Part shown: in pieces, positions 8,776 through 18,305 of the stretch
Layout: each line of letters starts with the position of its first letter
Position numbering within the stretch: the first letter of the stretch is position 1
DNA from: Gemmatimonadales bacterium
Lineage (GTDB): Bacteria > Gemmatimonadota > Gemmatimonadetes > Gemmatimonadales > GWC2-71-9
Reading direction: 5' to 3'
NCBI GenBank assembly: GCA_039794085.1
Contig: JBDIWC010000002.1
Span: 1 to 64,000, forward strand
DNA length: 64,000 nucleotides
Made by a program: the position numbers and the translations under genes
The notes under the pieces: model-generated
What the model saw: the letters and a program-made list of their open reading frames with translations, nothing else
The model's database searches: none
What the model was told of the DNA's origin: nothing

Positions 8776-9864
8776 ATGAGCCTCCTTACCCACCCGGACT
8801 CCCCAGCCGAATCTCTCACCCTGCTGGAGACCACTCCAGCGGAAGCCCGGCGGCTGGTGGCCGCCTGGGTGGAGGAGCAGGGACTCCCCTCCTACCGCAC
8901 CGCACAGATCCTTCCCCGGCTCTGGCAGAGGCCGGTGGCCACCTGGGACGACGCGACTGAACTCCCCCGGGAGTTGCGCACCGCCCTGGACACTCGCTTT
9001 CCCCTGCCCCACCTCACCCTCGACACCCGGCGGGACTCCCGCGATGGCACCCGGAAATATCTCTGGCGCCTCGACGACGGCGAGGCCATCGAGTCGGTCC
9101 TGATTCCGAGCGGATCCCGGCGCACCCTCTGCATCAGCTCCCAGGCGGGGTGTGCCCTCGGGTGCCGCTTCTGTGCCACCGGGCGCATGGGGTTCCGCCG
9201 CAATCTCGCCGCGTGGGAAATCGCGGCCCAGGTGCGGGCCATCGTCCTGGAGGATCCCGCCCAGGCCCCGACCAACGTCGTGTTCATGGGGATGGGAGAG
9301 CCGCTCCTCAACTGGCCCGCGGTCGACACGGCGCTCACCACCCTCAATCATCCCGAGGGCTTTGGCATCGGGGCTCGTCACATCACCGTTTCCACGGTGG
9401 GGATACTCCCGGGGATGGCCCTCCTGGCCCAACGTCCCGAACAGTTCCGTCTGGCCATCAGCCTCCACGCCGCCGACACCACCACCCGGTCCCGATTGAT
9501 GCCGGTCGAGCGGAAGTATGACTTCGCCGCGGTGCTGAAAGCCGCCCGCGCCTTCACCCGCCGGGTGACCTTCGAGTACGTGCTCATCGCCGGTGTGAAC
9601 GATGGAGACGAGGATGCCTCGGCGCTCACCACGCTCGCCCGGCCGCTCGGCGCGATGGTCAATCTCCTTCCGCTCCATCCCGGCGGGGATCCCGGCCTCA
9701 CACCGTCGGACCCGCGCCGACTCCACGCCTTTGCCGACCAGCTGCGTGCCGGAGGAGTCGAGGCGGTGGTTCGGCGAAGTCGCGGGCTCGACATCGAAGC
9801 GGCGTGCGGGCAGCTGCGGGTGGCCGTCGACGGGCCGCGAACTCCCCGGCGCCCCCGGGCCTGA
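8776..9864 (+). CDS. rlmN: 23S rRNA m2A2503 / tRNA radical SAM methyltransferase RlmN
   Basis: CISSQAGCALGCRFC, MGMGEP, AACGQL. Confidence 0.95.
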   Translation: MSLLTHPDSPAESLTLLETTPAEARRLVAAWVEEQGLPSYRTAQILPRLWQRPVATWDDATELPRELRTALDTRFPLPHLTLDTRRDSRDGTRKYLWRLDDGEAIESVLIPSGSRRTLCISSQAGCALGCRFCATGRMGFRRNLAAWEIAAQVRAIVLEDPAQAPTNVVFMGMGEPLLNWPAVDTALTTLNHPEGFGIGARHITVSTVGILPGMALLAQRPEQFRLAISLHAADTTTRSRLMPVERKYDFAAVLKAARAFTRRVTFEYVLIAGVNDGDEDASALTTLARPLGAMVNLLPLHPGGDPGLTPSDPRRLHAFADQLRAGGVEAVVRRSRGLDIEAACGQLRVAVDGPRTPRRPRA

Positions 9865-9870
9865 CCCCCC

Positions 9871-11181
9871 ATGCGCGCTCTGCTGGAGGGGGTTCTCCGG
9901 CTCGTGCTCCGGCTCTACTTTCGCACCATCGTCGTCCATGGTCTGGATCAGTTGCCTCCCGGCGGCCGGTTGATCTTCGTCCTCAACCATCCCAACGGAC
10001 TGGTGGATCCGTTGTTCGTGCTCCTGAAGAGCGGGCGCCGAGTCTCCTTCCTCGCCAAGGCCCCCCTCTTCCGGCTCCCGGTCCTCGGCTACTTCCTTCG
10101 GCTCACCGAGACCATCCCGGTCCACCGGCCGGAAGACAACGCGGGCGACACGGCGCGCAATCAGGAGACCTTCGCACGGGCCCGCCAGGTTCTCCAGCAC
10201 GGCCGGGCGATCGCGATCTTTCCCGAGGGCACCACCCACAGCGACCCCTCGCTCAAGCCGCTCCGCACCGGGGCCGCCCGCATCGCCCTGGCCGCCACCG
10301 CCGATGGGCCGGTCTCCCTGGTGCCCACCGGGCTCACCTACAGCAACAAGGCCCGGTTCCGGAGCCGTGCCACGGTCCAGTTCGGGGTACCCATCGTGCT
10401 TCCCGTCGGCGCCGCCCCTGACCCCGACGCCCCGGACCCCATTGCGGTCCAGGCCCTGACTCAGCAGCTCCGGGATGCCCTGGGCCAGGTCACCGTGCAG
10501 GCCGACCGGGCCGAGATCATCGACCTCCTGGCGCGCACCACGCGCCTCCTGGCTCCCCGTTCCGATCCCGACTCCGCAGTGGTCCTCCATCGCCGCATCG
10601 CCGAGGGCTACGCCCGGCTCCGCGAGGAGGACCCCACGCGCCTGGCCCGGCTTCGCCACCGGGTGGAGCGGCACCTGGGCTTGCTGGACACGGTGGGCAT
10701 CCCGCCCGAGGCCCTCAACTCGGCCTCCTATCGTCCCCAACGCGTCGCCCTCTTCACGGCCCACCGGATCGCCCGGATTCTGTTGCTGGTCCCCCTCGGC
10801 GTCCCGGGGTTCGTGGTGCATGCCCCGGCGTGGGTGATGGTCGGACGCCTGGCCCGCCGCTACGCCAAGGGAGCCAGCGAGGTGGTGTCCACCGCTCAGA
10901 TTCTGGGCGGGATGCTTCTGTACCCCCTGACCTGGATCGGTCTGGGGGGTGCGGTGTACCTCTGGCGTGGCTCGGTGTCCGCCGGCGTGACCCTGACCCT
11001 GGCACCCCTCGCCGGGTATGCGGCACTGCGACTCATGGAGCAGGCGGACTCCCTGATCACCGCCACCCGGGGCTATCTCTTCTTTGTCGCGGGGCGCGAG
11101 GGGTTCCAGCGGCTGGCCGCGGCGCAGCAGGCGCTGCGGGCCGACCTGGAAGCGGTGGGTCGCGAGAATCTTTCCGCGTGA
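9871..11181 (+). CDS. PlsC-like lysophospholipid/glycerol-phosphate acyltransferase with C-terminal TM helices
   Basis: NHPNGLVD (HxxxxD), FPEGT motifs. Confidence 0.88.
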   Translation: MRALLEGVLRLVLRLYFRTIVVHGLDQLPPGGRLIFVLNHPNGLVDPLFVLLKSGRRVSFLAKAPLFRLPVLGYFLRLTETIPVHRPEDNAGDTARNQETFARARQVLQHGRAIAIFPEGTTHSDPSLKPLRTGAARIALAATADGPVSLVPTGLTYSNKARFRSRATVQFGVPIVLPVGAAPDPDAPDPIAVQALTQQLRDALGQVTVQADRAEIIDLLARTTRLLAPRSDPDSAVVLHRRIAEGYARLREEDPTRLARLRHRVERHLGLLDTVGIPPEALNSASYRPQRVALFTAHRIARILLLVPLGVPGFVVHAPAWVMVGRLARRYAKGASEVVSTAQILGGMLLYPLTWIGLGGAVYLWRGSVSAGVTLTLAPLAGYAALRLMEQADSLITATRGYLFFVAGREGFQRLAAAQQALRADLEAVGRENLSA

Positions 11182-11208
11182 GCCCGTGGTATCGGGGTTT
11201 GTAGGAAA

Positions 11209-11279
11209 ACCACGAAAAGCACGAAAACACACGAAGGCATGGCGTCGTCATTTTCGTGTCGTTCCGTGTATTTCGTGGT
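11209..11279. repeat. 9-bp-period inverted-repeat element, copy 1
   Basis: ACCACGAAAAGCACGAAAACACACGAA ... TTCGTGTCGTTCCGTGTATTTCGTGGT. Confidence 0.85.
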
Positions 11280-11291
11280 ACAAGTGGGAAG

Positions 11292-11545
11292 GACGGGTTT
11301 GGCTTTCCATCAGCGGGGGCCGTAAGCGACGCCAGGACTGATCGAGTACGGGTACGAGTACGGGTACGGAAGACGCCCCTTCCTATCGCGGAGTTCGTTG
11401 CGCCCTCGCGTCCCTGCGCCCTTGCGTTAATCTTGCGGTGGGATCGAGCGAGGGGGACGCCGGAACGACGGGTTTGGCCTTCTGTCAGCGGAAGTCGTGA
11501 GCGACGTCAGGGCCTGATCGAGTACGGCTACGAGTACGAGTACGT
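11292..11545. repeat. Two ~78-bp imperfect direct repeats ending in GTAC hexamer arrays
   Basis: 11292-11368 vs 11467-11544, both GACGGGTTTGGC...CTGATCGAGTACGG..ACGAGTACG. Confidence 0.85.
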
Positions 11546-11563
11546 GCACGGCCCCCCCTGATT

Positions 11564-11594
11564 CCCTACTCCCGACTCCCTACTCCCTGCTCCC
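11564..11594. repeat. Heptamer tandem repeat (CCCTACT-like)
   Basis: ccctact cccgact ccctact ccctgct. Confidence 0.75.
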
Positions 11595-11599
11595 AACCC

Positions 11600-12574
11600 C
11601 TACACCACCGGGGTCGGGAGAGTCCCCCCCTCGAACCAGGCCCGCAGATTGGCCAGCGCCAGCTTCCCCATCGCGGTTCGCGTCTCGAGTGTGGCGCTTC
11701 CCAGGTGAGGCAACAACACCACCTGCTCCATCGCCCGCAGGGCTTCCGGAACGTTCGGCTCCTCGGCGTACACATCGAAGCCGGCCCCGGCCAGCCGTCC
11801 TTCGGAAAGGGCCGCGACCAACGCCGCTTCGTCGACGATGCTCCCCCGGGCGGTGTTGATCAGCACGCTCGACGGCGGCATGAGGGCCAGCCGCCGGGCA
11901 TCGATCAGGTGATGCGTCTCGGGGGTAGACGGCACATGGAGGGTCACCACGTCGGATTCGATGAGGAGTCTATCCAGCGACACCTTCTCCGCCTCGATCC
12001 CACCGAGTTCCCAGGGGGGAACCGGGCTCCGCGAGGCGTACCGGATGCGCATGCCGAGCCCCGCATGGGCCCGCCGCGCGACAGTGGCCCCGATCCTCCC
12101 CATCCCCACCACACCCAGCCGGAGCCCGTGGGCCGATCGTCCCAGAAGTTGGGTCGGTTCCCACCCGGTCCATCCACCACTCCGCACCAGGCGCTCCCCC
12201 TCGCCCAGGCGCCGCAGTACCGCCAGGATCAGCGCGATCGTCAGCTCGGCTGTCGCTTCGGTGAGCACTCCCGGCGTGTTGGAGACCCGGACACCGACAC
12301 TTCGAGCCGCCTCCAGGTCGATGTTGTCCACCCCCACGCCGAAGTTGGCGAGCAATCCGGTGCGCCGGCCCGGCGTCCGCAGCAGGTTGGCGGAAAACCT
12401 GTCCCTGACGGTGCAAAGGATGGCGTCCGATTTCCGTAGCGCCTTGCGCAGATCGTCCGCTGTGGGCGGCCTGAATCCGGGAGGGTGCCGCACCTCGCCG
12501 AGGGTGCTCAGGGCGGACTCCACTTCGGTGGGGAGTCGCCGGGTCTGGTAGATGGTTGGTTTCGTCGAGGTCAT
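11600..12574 (-). CDS. D-2-hydroxyacid dehydrogenase (glyoxylate/hydroxypyruvate reductase, D-glycerate dehydrogenase)
   Basis: GVGVDNID, GMGRIG, INTARG, LPHLGSAT. Confidence 0.9.
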   Translation of the reverse strand: MTSTKPTIYQTRRLPTEVESALSTLGEVRHPPGFRPPTADDLRKALRKSDAILCTVRDRFSANLLRTPGRRTGLLANFGVGVDNIDLEAARSVGVRVSNTPGVLTEATAELTIALILAVLRRLGEGERLVRSGGWTGWEPTQLLGRSAHGLRLGVVGMGRIGATVARRAHAGLGMRIRYASRSPVPPWELGGIEAEKVSLDRLLIESDVVTLHVPSTPETHHLIDARRLALMPPSSVLINTARGSIVDEAALVAALSEGRLAGAGFDVYAEEPNVPEALRAMEQVVLLPHLGSATLETRTAMGKLALANLRAWFEGGTLPTPVV

Positions 12575-12610
12575 GCTGCATTATACCGGCGACCCCATGC
12601 CGCAGGTACC

Positions 12611-13927
12611 ATGCCCTCACCCTCCCGTCATCAGCACCCGCGCGACCTGCTCGAGTTCTGTTTCCGCGAGGGTGTGCGGGCGGTCTCCCCGGACGTTGCC
12701 TTGCGCGGTGTTCTCCGCGCTCCCCCCAGCTCGGCGGCCACTCCGTGGATTCTGGGGATAGGGAAGGCCGCGGCCGGGATGGTGGCTGTCGCGGGAGAGG
12801 TGCTCACGGGGGCGGGACACGGATCAGCCGAGGGACTTGCGGTCCTGGATGAACCACCGGGACGGGAGCTCCCGGTGCTCTGGTGCGTGGGGGATCACCC
12901 CGTTCCGCGTGCCGCATCCCTGCACGCGGCGGAGCAGTTGAGGGAGACGGTGGCTCGCATCCCCGCCGGACACCCGGTGTGGGTCTTCCTGAGCGGAGGG
13001 GCGTCGAGTCTCATCGCGGCGCCGATCGGACCGATCACCCCGGAGGATCTCCGCGAGCTGTGGAGAGTGCTTCTCTCCAGCGGTCTCCCGATCGGAGAGA
13101 TGAACGCGATCCGGAAGCTGGTTCTTGAACACGCCGGGGGCCGGCTCGGCGTGGCACTGGGCGGCGGTGGCCGCGCGGTGTCGCAATATCTGATATCGGA
13201 TGTCCCGGGAGACGACATCGCGGACATCGGGTCGGGTCCCTGCGTGGGAACGGTGGATCATCGAGAGATGGTACGAGCACACCTCGCTTCCCTGCCCCTG
13301 AGCCCTGCGCTCCGTGACCGGATCCTCACCGTGCTCGAGGCCAGTCCCCCGCCCCGTGCCGATGATCCCGCCCTGGCGGGAATAACTCATCGGATCGTGG
13401 CCACCAACCGGCACGCCCGGGAGGCGGTGGGAGCCGCGGCCCGCACGCTGGGATGGGAGGTGGAGGTGGAGGGGACTCCGGTGACGGGCGAGGCGCGCCT
13501 TGTGGGCCGGGAGTTCGCCGCATTTCTCGTCGCTCAGGAACCGGGATCCGTTCCTCGGCTTATCGTGCGCGGGGGAGAAACGACGGTAAAACTCCCCTCC
13601 ACCGGGACGTGTCCACCGGGAGGGCGCAACCAGGAGCTGGCCCTGGCGGCGGCGGAGGTGTTGTCGGGAGACAGGATGAACCAGCCGGTGGTTCTGGCCG
13701 CGGGAACCGACGGGCGGGACGGGACGACGGAGGCAGCAGGAGCCGTGGTGGACGGGGAGACGTGGGAGCGGATCCGGACCCTGGGTATCGACCCGGAGCG
13801 AGCCCTGACGGACCATCGTGCGCACGAGGCGCTGGCGGCCGTCGATGCGCTGGTGATCACCGGAAGGACGGGGACGAATGTGATGGATCTTCTGCTGGGT
13901 GTGGTCCCACCCCGAGGCGGGTGGTAG
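12611..13927 (+). CDS. Glycerate 2-kinase (TtuD/GckA; DUF4147 + MOFRL)
   Basis: GIGKAA, SGGASSL, SDVPGD, GGET, GGRNQE, GTDGRDG, TGTNVMD. Confidence 0.9.
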   Translation: MPSPSRHQHPRDLLEFCFREGVRAVSPDVALRGVLRAPPSSAATPWILGIGKAAAGMVAVAGEVLTGAGHGSAEGLAVLDEPPGRELPVLWCVGDHPVPRAASLHAAEQLRETVARIPAGHPVWVFLSGGASSLIAAPIGPITPEDLRELWRVLLSSGLPIGEMNAIRKLVLEHAGGRLGVALGGGGRAVSQYLISDVPGDDIADIGSGPCVGTVDHREMVRAHLASLPLSPALRDRILTVLEASPPPRADDPALAGITHRIVATNRHAREAVGAAARTLGWEVEVEGTPVTGEARLVGREFAAFLVAQEPGSVPRLIVRGGETTVKLPSTGTCPPGGRNQELALAAAEVLSGDRMNQPVVLAAGTDGRDGTTEAAGAVVDGETWERIRTLGIDPERALTDHRAHEALAAVDALVITGRTGTNVMDLLLGVVPPRGGW

Positions 13928-13982
13928 GAATCACCACGTACCCGTACTCGTACATCTGCACGTTGGCTGGGAAGGTATACCC

Positions 13983-14059
13983 GTGGGTGCGCCGCTTGCG
14001 GCGCACCAGGGCCGTGAATGATTCTCTGCCTTGGGGTGCGCCGCAAGCGGCGCACCCAC
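13983..14059. repeat. REPIN-like doublet: two perfectly inverted 25-bp GTGG-REPs
   Basis: GTGGGTGCGCCGCTTGCGGCGCACC (13983-14007) and its exact reverse complement (14035-14059). Confidence 0.88.
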
Positions 14060-14082
14060 AAACGCCGGCACACCCACAAGGC

Positions 14083-14433
14083 TCAGGGCTCCTCCGAGGG
14101 CGCATCGCGCCGCACGGGATCACCTTGTTGCATCAGCAAGCGTCCCGTGAAATCGAGCCGGTCCTCGAGCTCAGACACCCGGGCCCGCATCTCTTCGGCG
14201 TTCTGCTGGAGCTGCTCATTCTGATCGAGCACCTGCTGCAGATCCGCACGGTTCTGCTCGGCCCGTCGGCGAATCGTGAGGTGCCGAGCGCCGAGGGCCA
14301 AGGCGGCGGCCAGCAGGGCGTGGAGGGTGGCGTGCGCCGGTTCACCGGGCAAGGCGGCGAACCACACGGAAACGAGGTTGGCGGCGGACAGGGCCCAGGC
14401 CGTGGGAATCCAGGCGCGGTGCTTGAACCACAT
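14083..14433 (-). CDS. Small membrane protein with C-terminal coiled coil (hypothetical)
   Basis: AGGAGG RBS; two hydrophobic segments, then a heptad region ending ELEDRLDFTGRLL. Confidence 0.75.
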   Translation of the reverse strand: MWFKHRAWIPTAWALSAANLVSVWFAALPGEPAHATLHALLAAALALGARHLTIRRRAEQNRADLQQVLDQNEQLQQNAEEMRARVSELEDRLDFTGRLLMQQGDPVRRDAPSEEP

Positions 14434-14480
14434 AGGAACCTCCTGGTGACGAGAGCCCGCGACACCTCTCCCTTCCTTTT

Positions 14481-14655
14481 CCGTACACCTACACGTACAC
14501 GTACACGTACTCGTACTCGTACACGATAGGGCGGATCCCGGAAAAGATATCCTCTTTTCCGTACACGTTCTCGTACACGTTCTCGTACACGTTCTCGTAC
14601 TCGAACGGCCCCGAATACCCCTGAAGCAACTGCCGTGTACGGGTACGGGTACGGG
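14481..14655. repeat. GTAC-core hexamer/dodecamer tandem arrays
   Basis: (CGTACA/CGTACT)n at 14481-14525, (CGTACACGTTCT)x3 at 14560-14595, inverted (GTACGG)n at 14635-14655. Confidence 0.9.
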
Positions 14656-14693
14656 CCCCTCCCCCCTTCTATGCCCTATGTCCTACGTCCTAT

Positions 14694-15128
14694 TCACGGC
14701 ACCAACCCCGGGACGGGATGAAAATCATGTCCCAGCAGAACCGTCAGGTCCACCCGACGGAGGGTGTCGATCTTCACGACCACGCGTCCCACGCCGAGCG
14801 ACCGCACCACGCGGAATCCGGCATCCTTGTCTCCCCGCCGAACCAGGATCAGGGTCGAATCGAGGATCGTGTCGGCGGTGCCAAAAAATACGACGTCGAT
14901 TCCGTCCCGGCGCAACTGGGCGGTTCCCGCCCGGGCCAGCCGGGATCGCCGGGTGGCGTTGAGCACCTCCGCGGTCACCCGCTCGGATCCCCGGGTGGCC
15001 ACGGCACTCGGCATCGAGGGGGTGTCGTGGCGGAACAGAATGGCTCCGGCCACGATCACGACACCCGCGGCGATGGCTACAACTGCGGCGCGAGGGATCG
15101 AACGGGAGAGGAAACGAGACTGTTCCAA
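14694..15128 (-). CDS. LytR C-terminal domain-containing membrane-anchored protein
   Basis: TM helix, then VTAEVLNAT...LA, D.TVLLG.D; start uncertain. Confidence 0.75.
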   Translation of the reverse strand: MEQSRFLSRSIPRAAVVAIAAGVVIVAGAILFRHDTPSMPSAVATRGSERVTAEVLNATRRSRLARAGTAQLRRDGIDVVFFGTADTILDSTLILVRRGDKDAGFRVVRSLGVGRVVVKIDTLRRVDLTVLLGHDFHPVPGLVP

Positions 15129-15679
15129 AATCGATAGGTCGGTTCCGGGATGGGCCAGGCCGACCGGGCAAGGTGCTCGAGGCGGCGGCGCGCCACCTCG
15201 AGCAGCACCCCCGTGGGGTTGGTGGGGAACTCGCGGGCCAGGGCGGCCCGCTCCTCCCGATCGAAAGGGCGCCCGGGATCGAGAAAGTCGGCACAGTAGA
15301 GCACGCGTCCCACCATGTCCCACTCCGCGAGCCCCACGGAGTGATACCGCACGGCGTCGAGCACTCCACGATCGGTCTCTCCGTGCCCCTTGGCCCGGGC
15401 GGCACTCGCGGGACCATGGCGCAGCTCGATCGGTCCCGGGGTGGTCGGCGCGGCGAGTTCCAGGTCCTCCAGCGGGGCATCGCGAAGAGCGTCGTGAAGC
15501 CACACCGCCCGGAGCCATCGATGGGTCTCCGAATCGGGCACCCCCATCTCCAATGCCCAGAGATAGGCCAGCGCGGCCACGCGCTTGACATGATCGATCC
15601 GGTCCTCGCTCATGATGGCCCAGTCGGGAATCGAGGGACGCAGTTCGGGCCGGATCGAGGGATCGGAATTCCGGTTCAT
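15077..15679 (-). CDS. HD-domain hydrolase, YqeK-like (Ap4A hydrolase family)
   Basis: R.DH..RVA, LHDA, RYHSVG, ADFLDPGR. Confidence 0.8.
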   Translation of the reverse strand: MNRNSDPSIRPELRPSIPDWAIMSEDRIDHVKRVAALAYLWALEMGVPDSETHRWLRAVWLHDALRDAPLEDLELAAPTTPGPIELRHGPASAARAKGHGETDRGVLDAVRYHSVGLAEWDMVGRVLYCADFLDPGRPFDREERAALAREFPTNPTGVLLEVARRRLEHLARSAWPIPEPTYRFWNSLVSSPVRSLAPQL

Positions 15680-16176
15680 CCCCGACCGATCCTGCTCCGC
15701 GGGGGCACGCGACCGGGCGTCACCCGACCCGGCGAGGGAGCGTCGGTCTCTGCCAGTGGATTCATCACGCCCAGTTCCTCCAGCTCATGGTGCCAAAAGG
15801 TCCGATCCCGGAGGCCGGGATGCGGCACGGTCAACCGTTGGTCCGACAGCTCCGCGGAGCCGTGAAGCACCAGGTCACAATCGAGGAGGCGAGGAGCCCA
15901 GCGGCTTCCGTCGCGCACCCGTCCCGCACACCGCTCGATCTCCAGGAGTGCCTCCAGGAGGTCATGCGGAGAGAGAGTCGTCTCCAGAAGGACCATCTGG
16001 TTGAGATACCGGGGCTGGTCAAACCCTCCCAGCGGCTCCGTTTCCTCGATGCTGCTGCAGGCAACCACCCGGGTTCCGGACAGGCTGGCCAATCCCCTCC
16101 GCGCTCCCTCCAGGGCCCCCGCCCGATCGCCCAGGTTGCTCCCCAGCGCCACGCACGCCCGTACCGTGGTGGTCAT
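15676..16176 (-). CDS. folK: 2-amino-4-hydroxy-6-hydroxymethyldihydropteridine diphosphokinase
   Basis: ALGSNLGD, YLNQ, WAPRLLDCDL, LTVPHP. Confidence 0.93.
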   Translation of the reverse strand: MTTTVRACVALGSNLGDRAGALEGARRGLASLSGTRVVACSSIEETEPLGGFDQPRYLNQMVLLETTLSPHDLLEALLEIERCAGRVRDGSRWAPRLLDCDLVLHGSAELSDQRLTVPHPGLRDRTFWHHELEELGVMNPLAETDAPSPGRVTPGRVPPRSRIGRG

Positions 16177-18305
16177 CACGATTCCAGTGCCAAACTGCGC
16201 GCGATGACCTGGAGTTGAGAAGCGAGGACCTCCAAGTCCCCGATCACCTTATCCAGATCGGCCTGGCCCCGTCGTGCCGCCGCCGCCTGTCCCGCGACAT
16301 GATCGGCATCGGACCGGGCGGTCTGGGCCGCCTCGGCCACCTGCCGGATCTGGGCCTCGAGGCGGTGCCCTTCGCGTTCCTGATCGGTGGAGGCCTCGGC
16401 GATGGTCCGGGCCTCCAGCCCCGCAGTACGTGCCGAGGACACGATGGCCTCCAGGGCACGGGCCGCCTCGGCGCTGACCTCTCCCACTCCGGACACCACG
16501 GTCTGGCCCAATTCCATCTGGGCTGTCATGCCCCTCACAGCACTGGCGACCTCCCGCATGATCTGGGCCGCTTCTTCCGTCATTTCGGTGCTCTGCAGCG
16601 CGAGCGACCGCACCTCCTCCGCCACCACGGCGAACCCCCGGCCCTCGGCACCCGCCCGAGTCGCCTCGATCGCCGCGTTGAGGGCGATGAGGTTGGTGGC
16701 GTCGGCCACGTCACGGATCGAGTCGATGAAGGTGGCGATCCGATCGGCGGCGGCCCCCAGCTCAGCCACCCGCGCCGAGGTGTCCTCCACGAAGCTCCGG
16801 ACCTGAACCAGGCGGTCGATGGCATCCCCGATCGCCACCCGGTGGCGGTCGGCCGCATCGGCCGCGGCCCGGCTCGCCGTGGCGGCCCGGCGCCCCCCCT
16901 CCGCCGTTTCCGCGGATCGGCGGGTCAGTTCGCCCATGGTGGTGAGTCCCGCCTGGGCAAAGGTCTCATTGACTCCGATCTTCCGGCGCATTCCCTCCGC
17001 GGCCGACCCGAGGGCCACGGCGCTCCCCCGCAGCGACTGGGAGGCCCCCACCAGGGTCCGCACCTGGCGTTCGATCTGTTCCACCGTCCTCACCAGGGGG
17101 CGACGCAGTTCCGCGAGATGAATCGCCGTGGCGATCTGCCCTCCCAACGCCGCAATGGCGGCGAGATCGCGCGGGCCGTAGTAGTGCCGTTTGTGGTGTT
17201 CCAGTTCCAACGTTCCCAGCGTCATGTCGGCCATGCGCAGGGGGTGGATCACGATGGTCTTCCGGCCGGGGTCCTGGAATCCGAGCCGGGGGTCCTTCTC
17301 CGCGTCCGGGATCATCACGGTGATCCCCCTCTCGACGGCATCACGCCGGATCCGTTCCAGCGCGGGTCCCGCCGGTCCGCGCCCGGGACGTCCCAGCACC
17401 GCGCGGTAGAGGAGGGTGGCCTCGCCGGTCCCGGTGCGGAAGATGGAGTAGTCACCCCAGTCGACCAGGCGATAGGCGAGTCGCTCGATCTCCCCCAGGG
17501 CCCCGTGCAGGCTCGTCGTTCCGAGGACGGCGGATTGCATCTGGTGCACCTTGTTGAGATCCTCGGCGGCGATGGCCTCCTCCAACAGGGTGCGGGCCAG
17601 GAGGCCCATCGCCCCCAGGGCAATGAGCACGGCGGGCCACCCGGCGGGGGAGAGCGTCGCCACCGCCCAGACGATGACCGTGGCCGCCAGCAACGTCATC
17701 AGATAGGCGACGATCTCCCAGCGCAGGATGAACAGGCGTTCCTCGAGCAACAATTTGTCGCGCACCAGCAGGGAGAAGTAGAACAACAACCGGGAAAAGG
17801 CGAAGTAGGCGAACACGAAGGCGGCGGCCGCCGGGAGGTAGTTGATCGAGAGCCCCTCCACGCCCGACGCGACATGCACCTGGGCATAGACGCCGTACGC
17901 CGCGGCAAAGGCCAGCACCTCCCGACCCGAATTGATCGCCGCGGCCACCAGGGGCTTCCGCGCCACCAGAAGGTCACCCAGCAACACTCCGGACCCGAGG
18001 GCCAGGACCACGGCACTGGGCGGCGCGACCAACGCGCCGACCACCCCCGTGATCCCGCTCTGCGTGAGATACGAGTACTTGCTGAGACGGACCGGCGCGA
18101 TGCGGAGACCGAATGCCCCCAGCGCCAGTGCCGTGGTCAGAAGCGGCACCTCCATCCACCGGGTGTCGAGCACGAGGCTCGTTGCCGCCACCACCAATCC
18201 CCCGATCCACAGGAGAGTGGCGTAGGTCGACAGGACCTGACCCACCAGGACGGGGGACCGGGGAGCCCGGGGGGAGTGGGAGGTGGACTCAGAGGAAATA
18301 GTCAC
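16176..18305 (-). CDS. Methyl-accepting chemotaxis-like protein (multi-TM, GAF, MCP signalling domain)
   Basis: [33 protein letters not shown] hairpin; several TM helices; GAF-like middle. Confidence 0.88.
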   Translation of the reverse strand: MTISSESTSHSPRAPRSPVLVGQVLSTYATLLWIGGLVVAATSLVLDTRWMEVPLLTTALALGAFGLRIAPVRLSKYSYLTQSGITGVVGALVAPPSAVVLALGSGVLLGDLLVARKPLVAAAINSGREVLAFAAAYGVYAQVHVASGVEGLSINYLPAAAAFVFAYFAFSRLLFYFSLLVRDKLLLEERLFILRWEIVAYLMTLLAATVIVWAVATLSPAGWPAVLIALGAMGLLARTLLEEAIAAEDLNKVHQMQSAVLGTTSLHGALGEIERLAYRLVDWGDYSIFRTGTGEATLLYRAVLGRPGRGPAGPALERIRRDAVERGITVMIPDAEKDPRLGFQDPGRKTIVIHPLRMADMTLGTLELEHHKRHYYGPRDLAAIAALGGQIATAIHLAELRRPLVRTVEQIERQVRTLVGASQSLRGSAVALGSAAEGMRRKIGVNETFAQAGLTTMGELTRRSAETAEGGRRAATASRAAADAADRHRVAIGDAIDRLVQVRSFVEDTSARVAELGAAADRIATFIDSIRDVADATNLIALNAAIEATRAGAEGRGFAVVAEEVRSLALQSTEMTEEAAQIMREVASAVRGMTAQMELGQTVVSGVGEVSAEAARALEAIVSSARTAGLEARTIAEASTDQEREGHRLEAQIRQVAEAAQTARSDADHVAGQAAAARRGQADLDKVIGDLEVLASQLQVIARSLALES

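Noticed and set aside
8713..11232. 839-aa minus-strand ORF and many other long antisense ORFs (e.g. 6525-8447, 16215-18344, 57447-59366, 61617-63731)
   Set aside because: Shadow frames opposite well-supported genes in high-GC DNA; no recognisable motifs.
11256..11561. Small ORFs with RVRVRV/EYEYEY/HKKHK repeats (also 22346-22812, 38138-38398, 50512-50730)
   Set aside because: Translations of non-coding tandem repeats, lacking RBS and coding signal.
11209..11594. Possible CRISPR array in the repeat-rich gaps
   Set aside because: No run of identical 23-47-bp repeats with regular unique spacers, and no cas genes.
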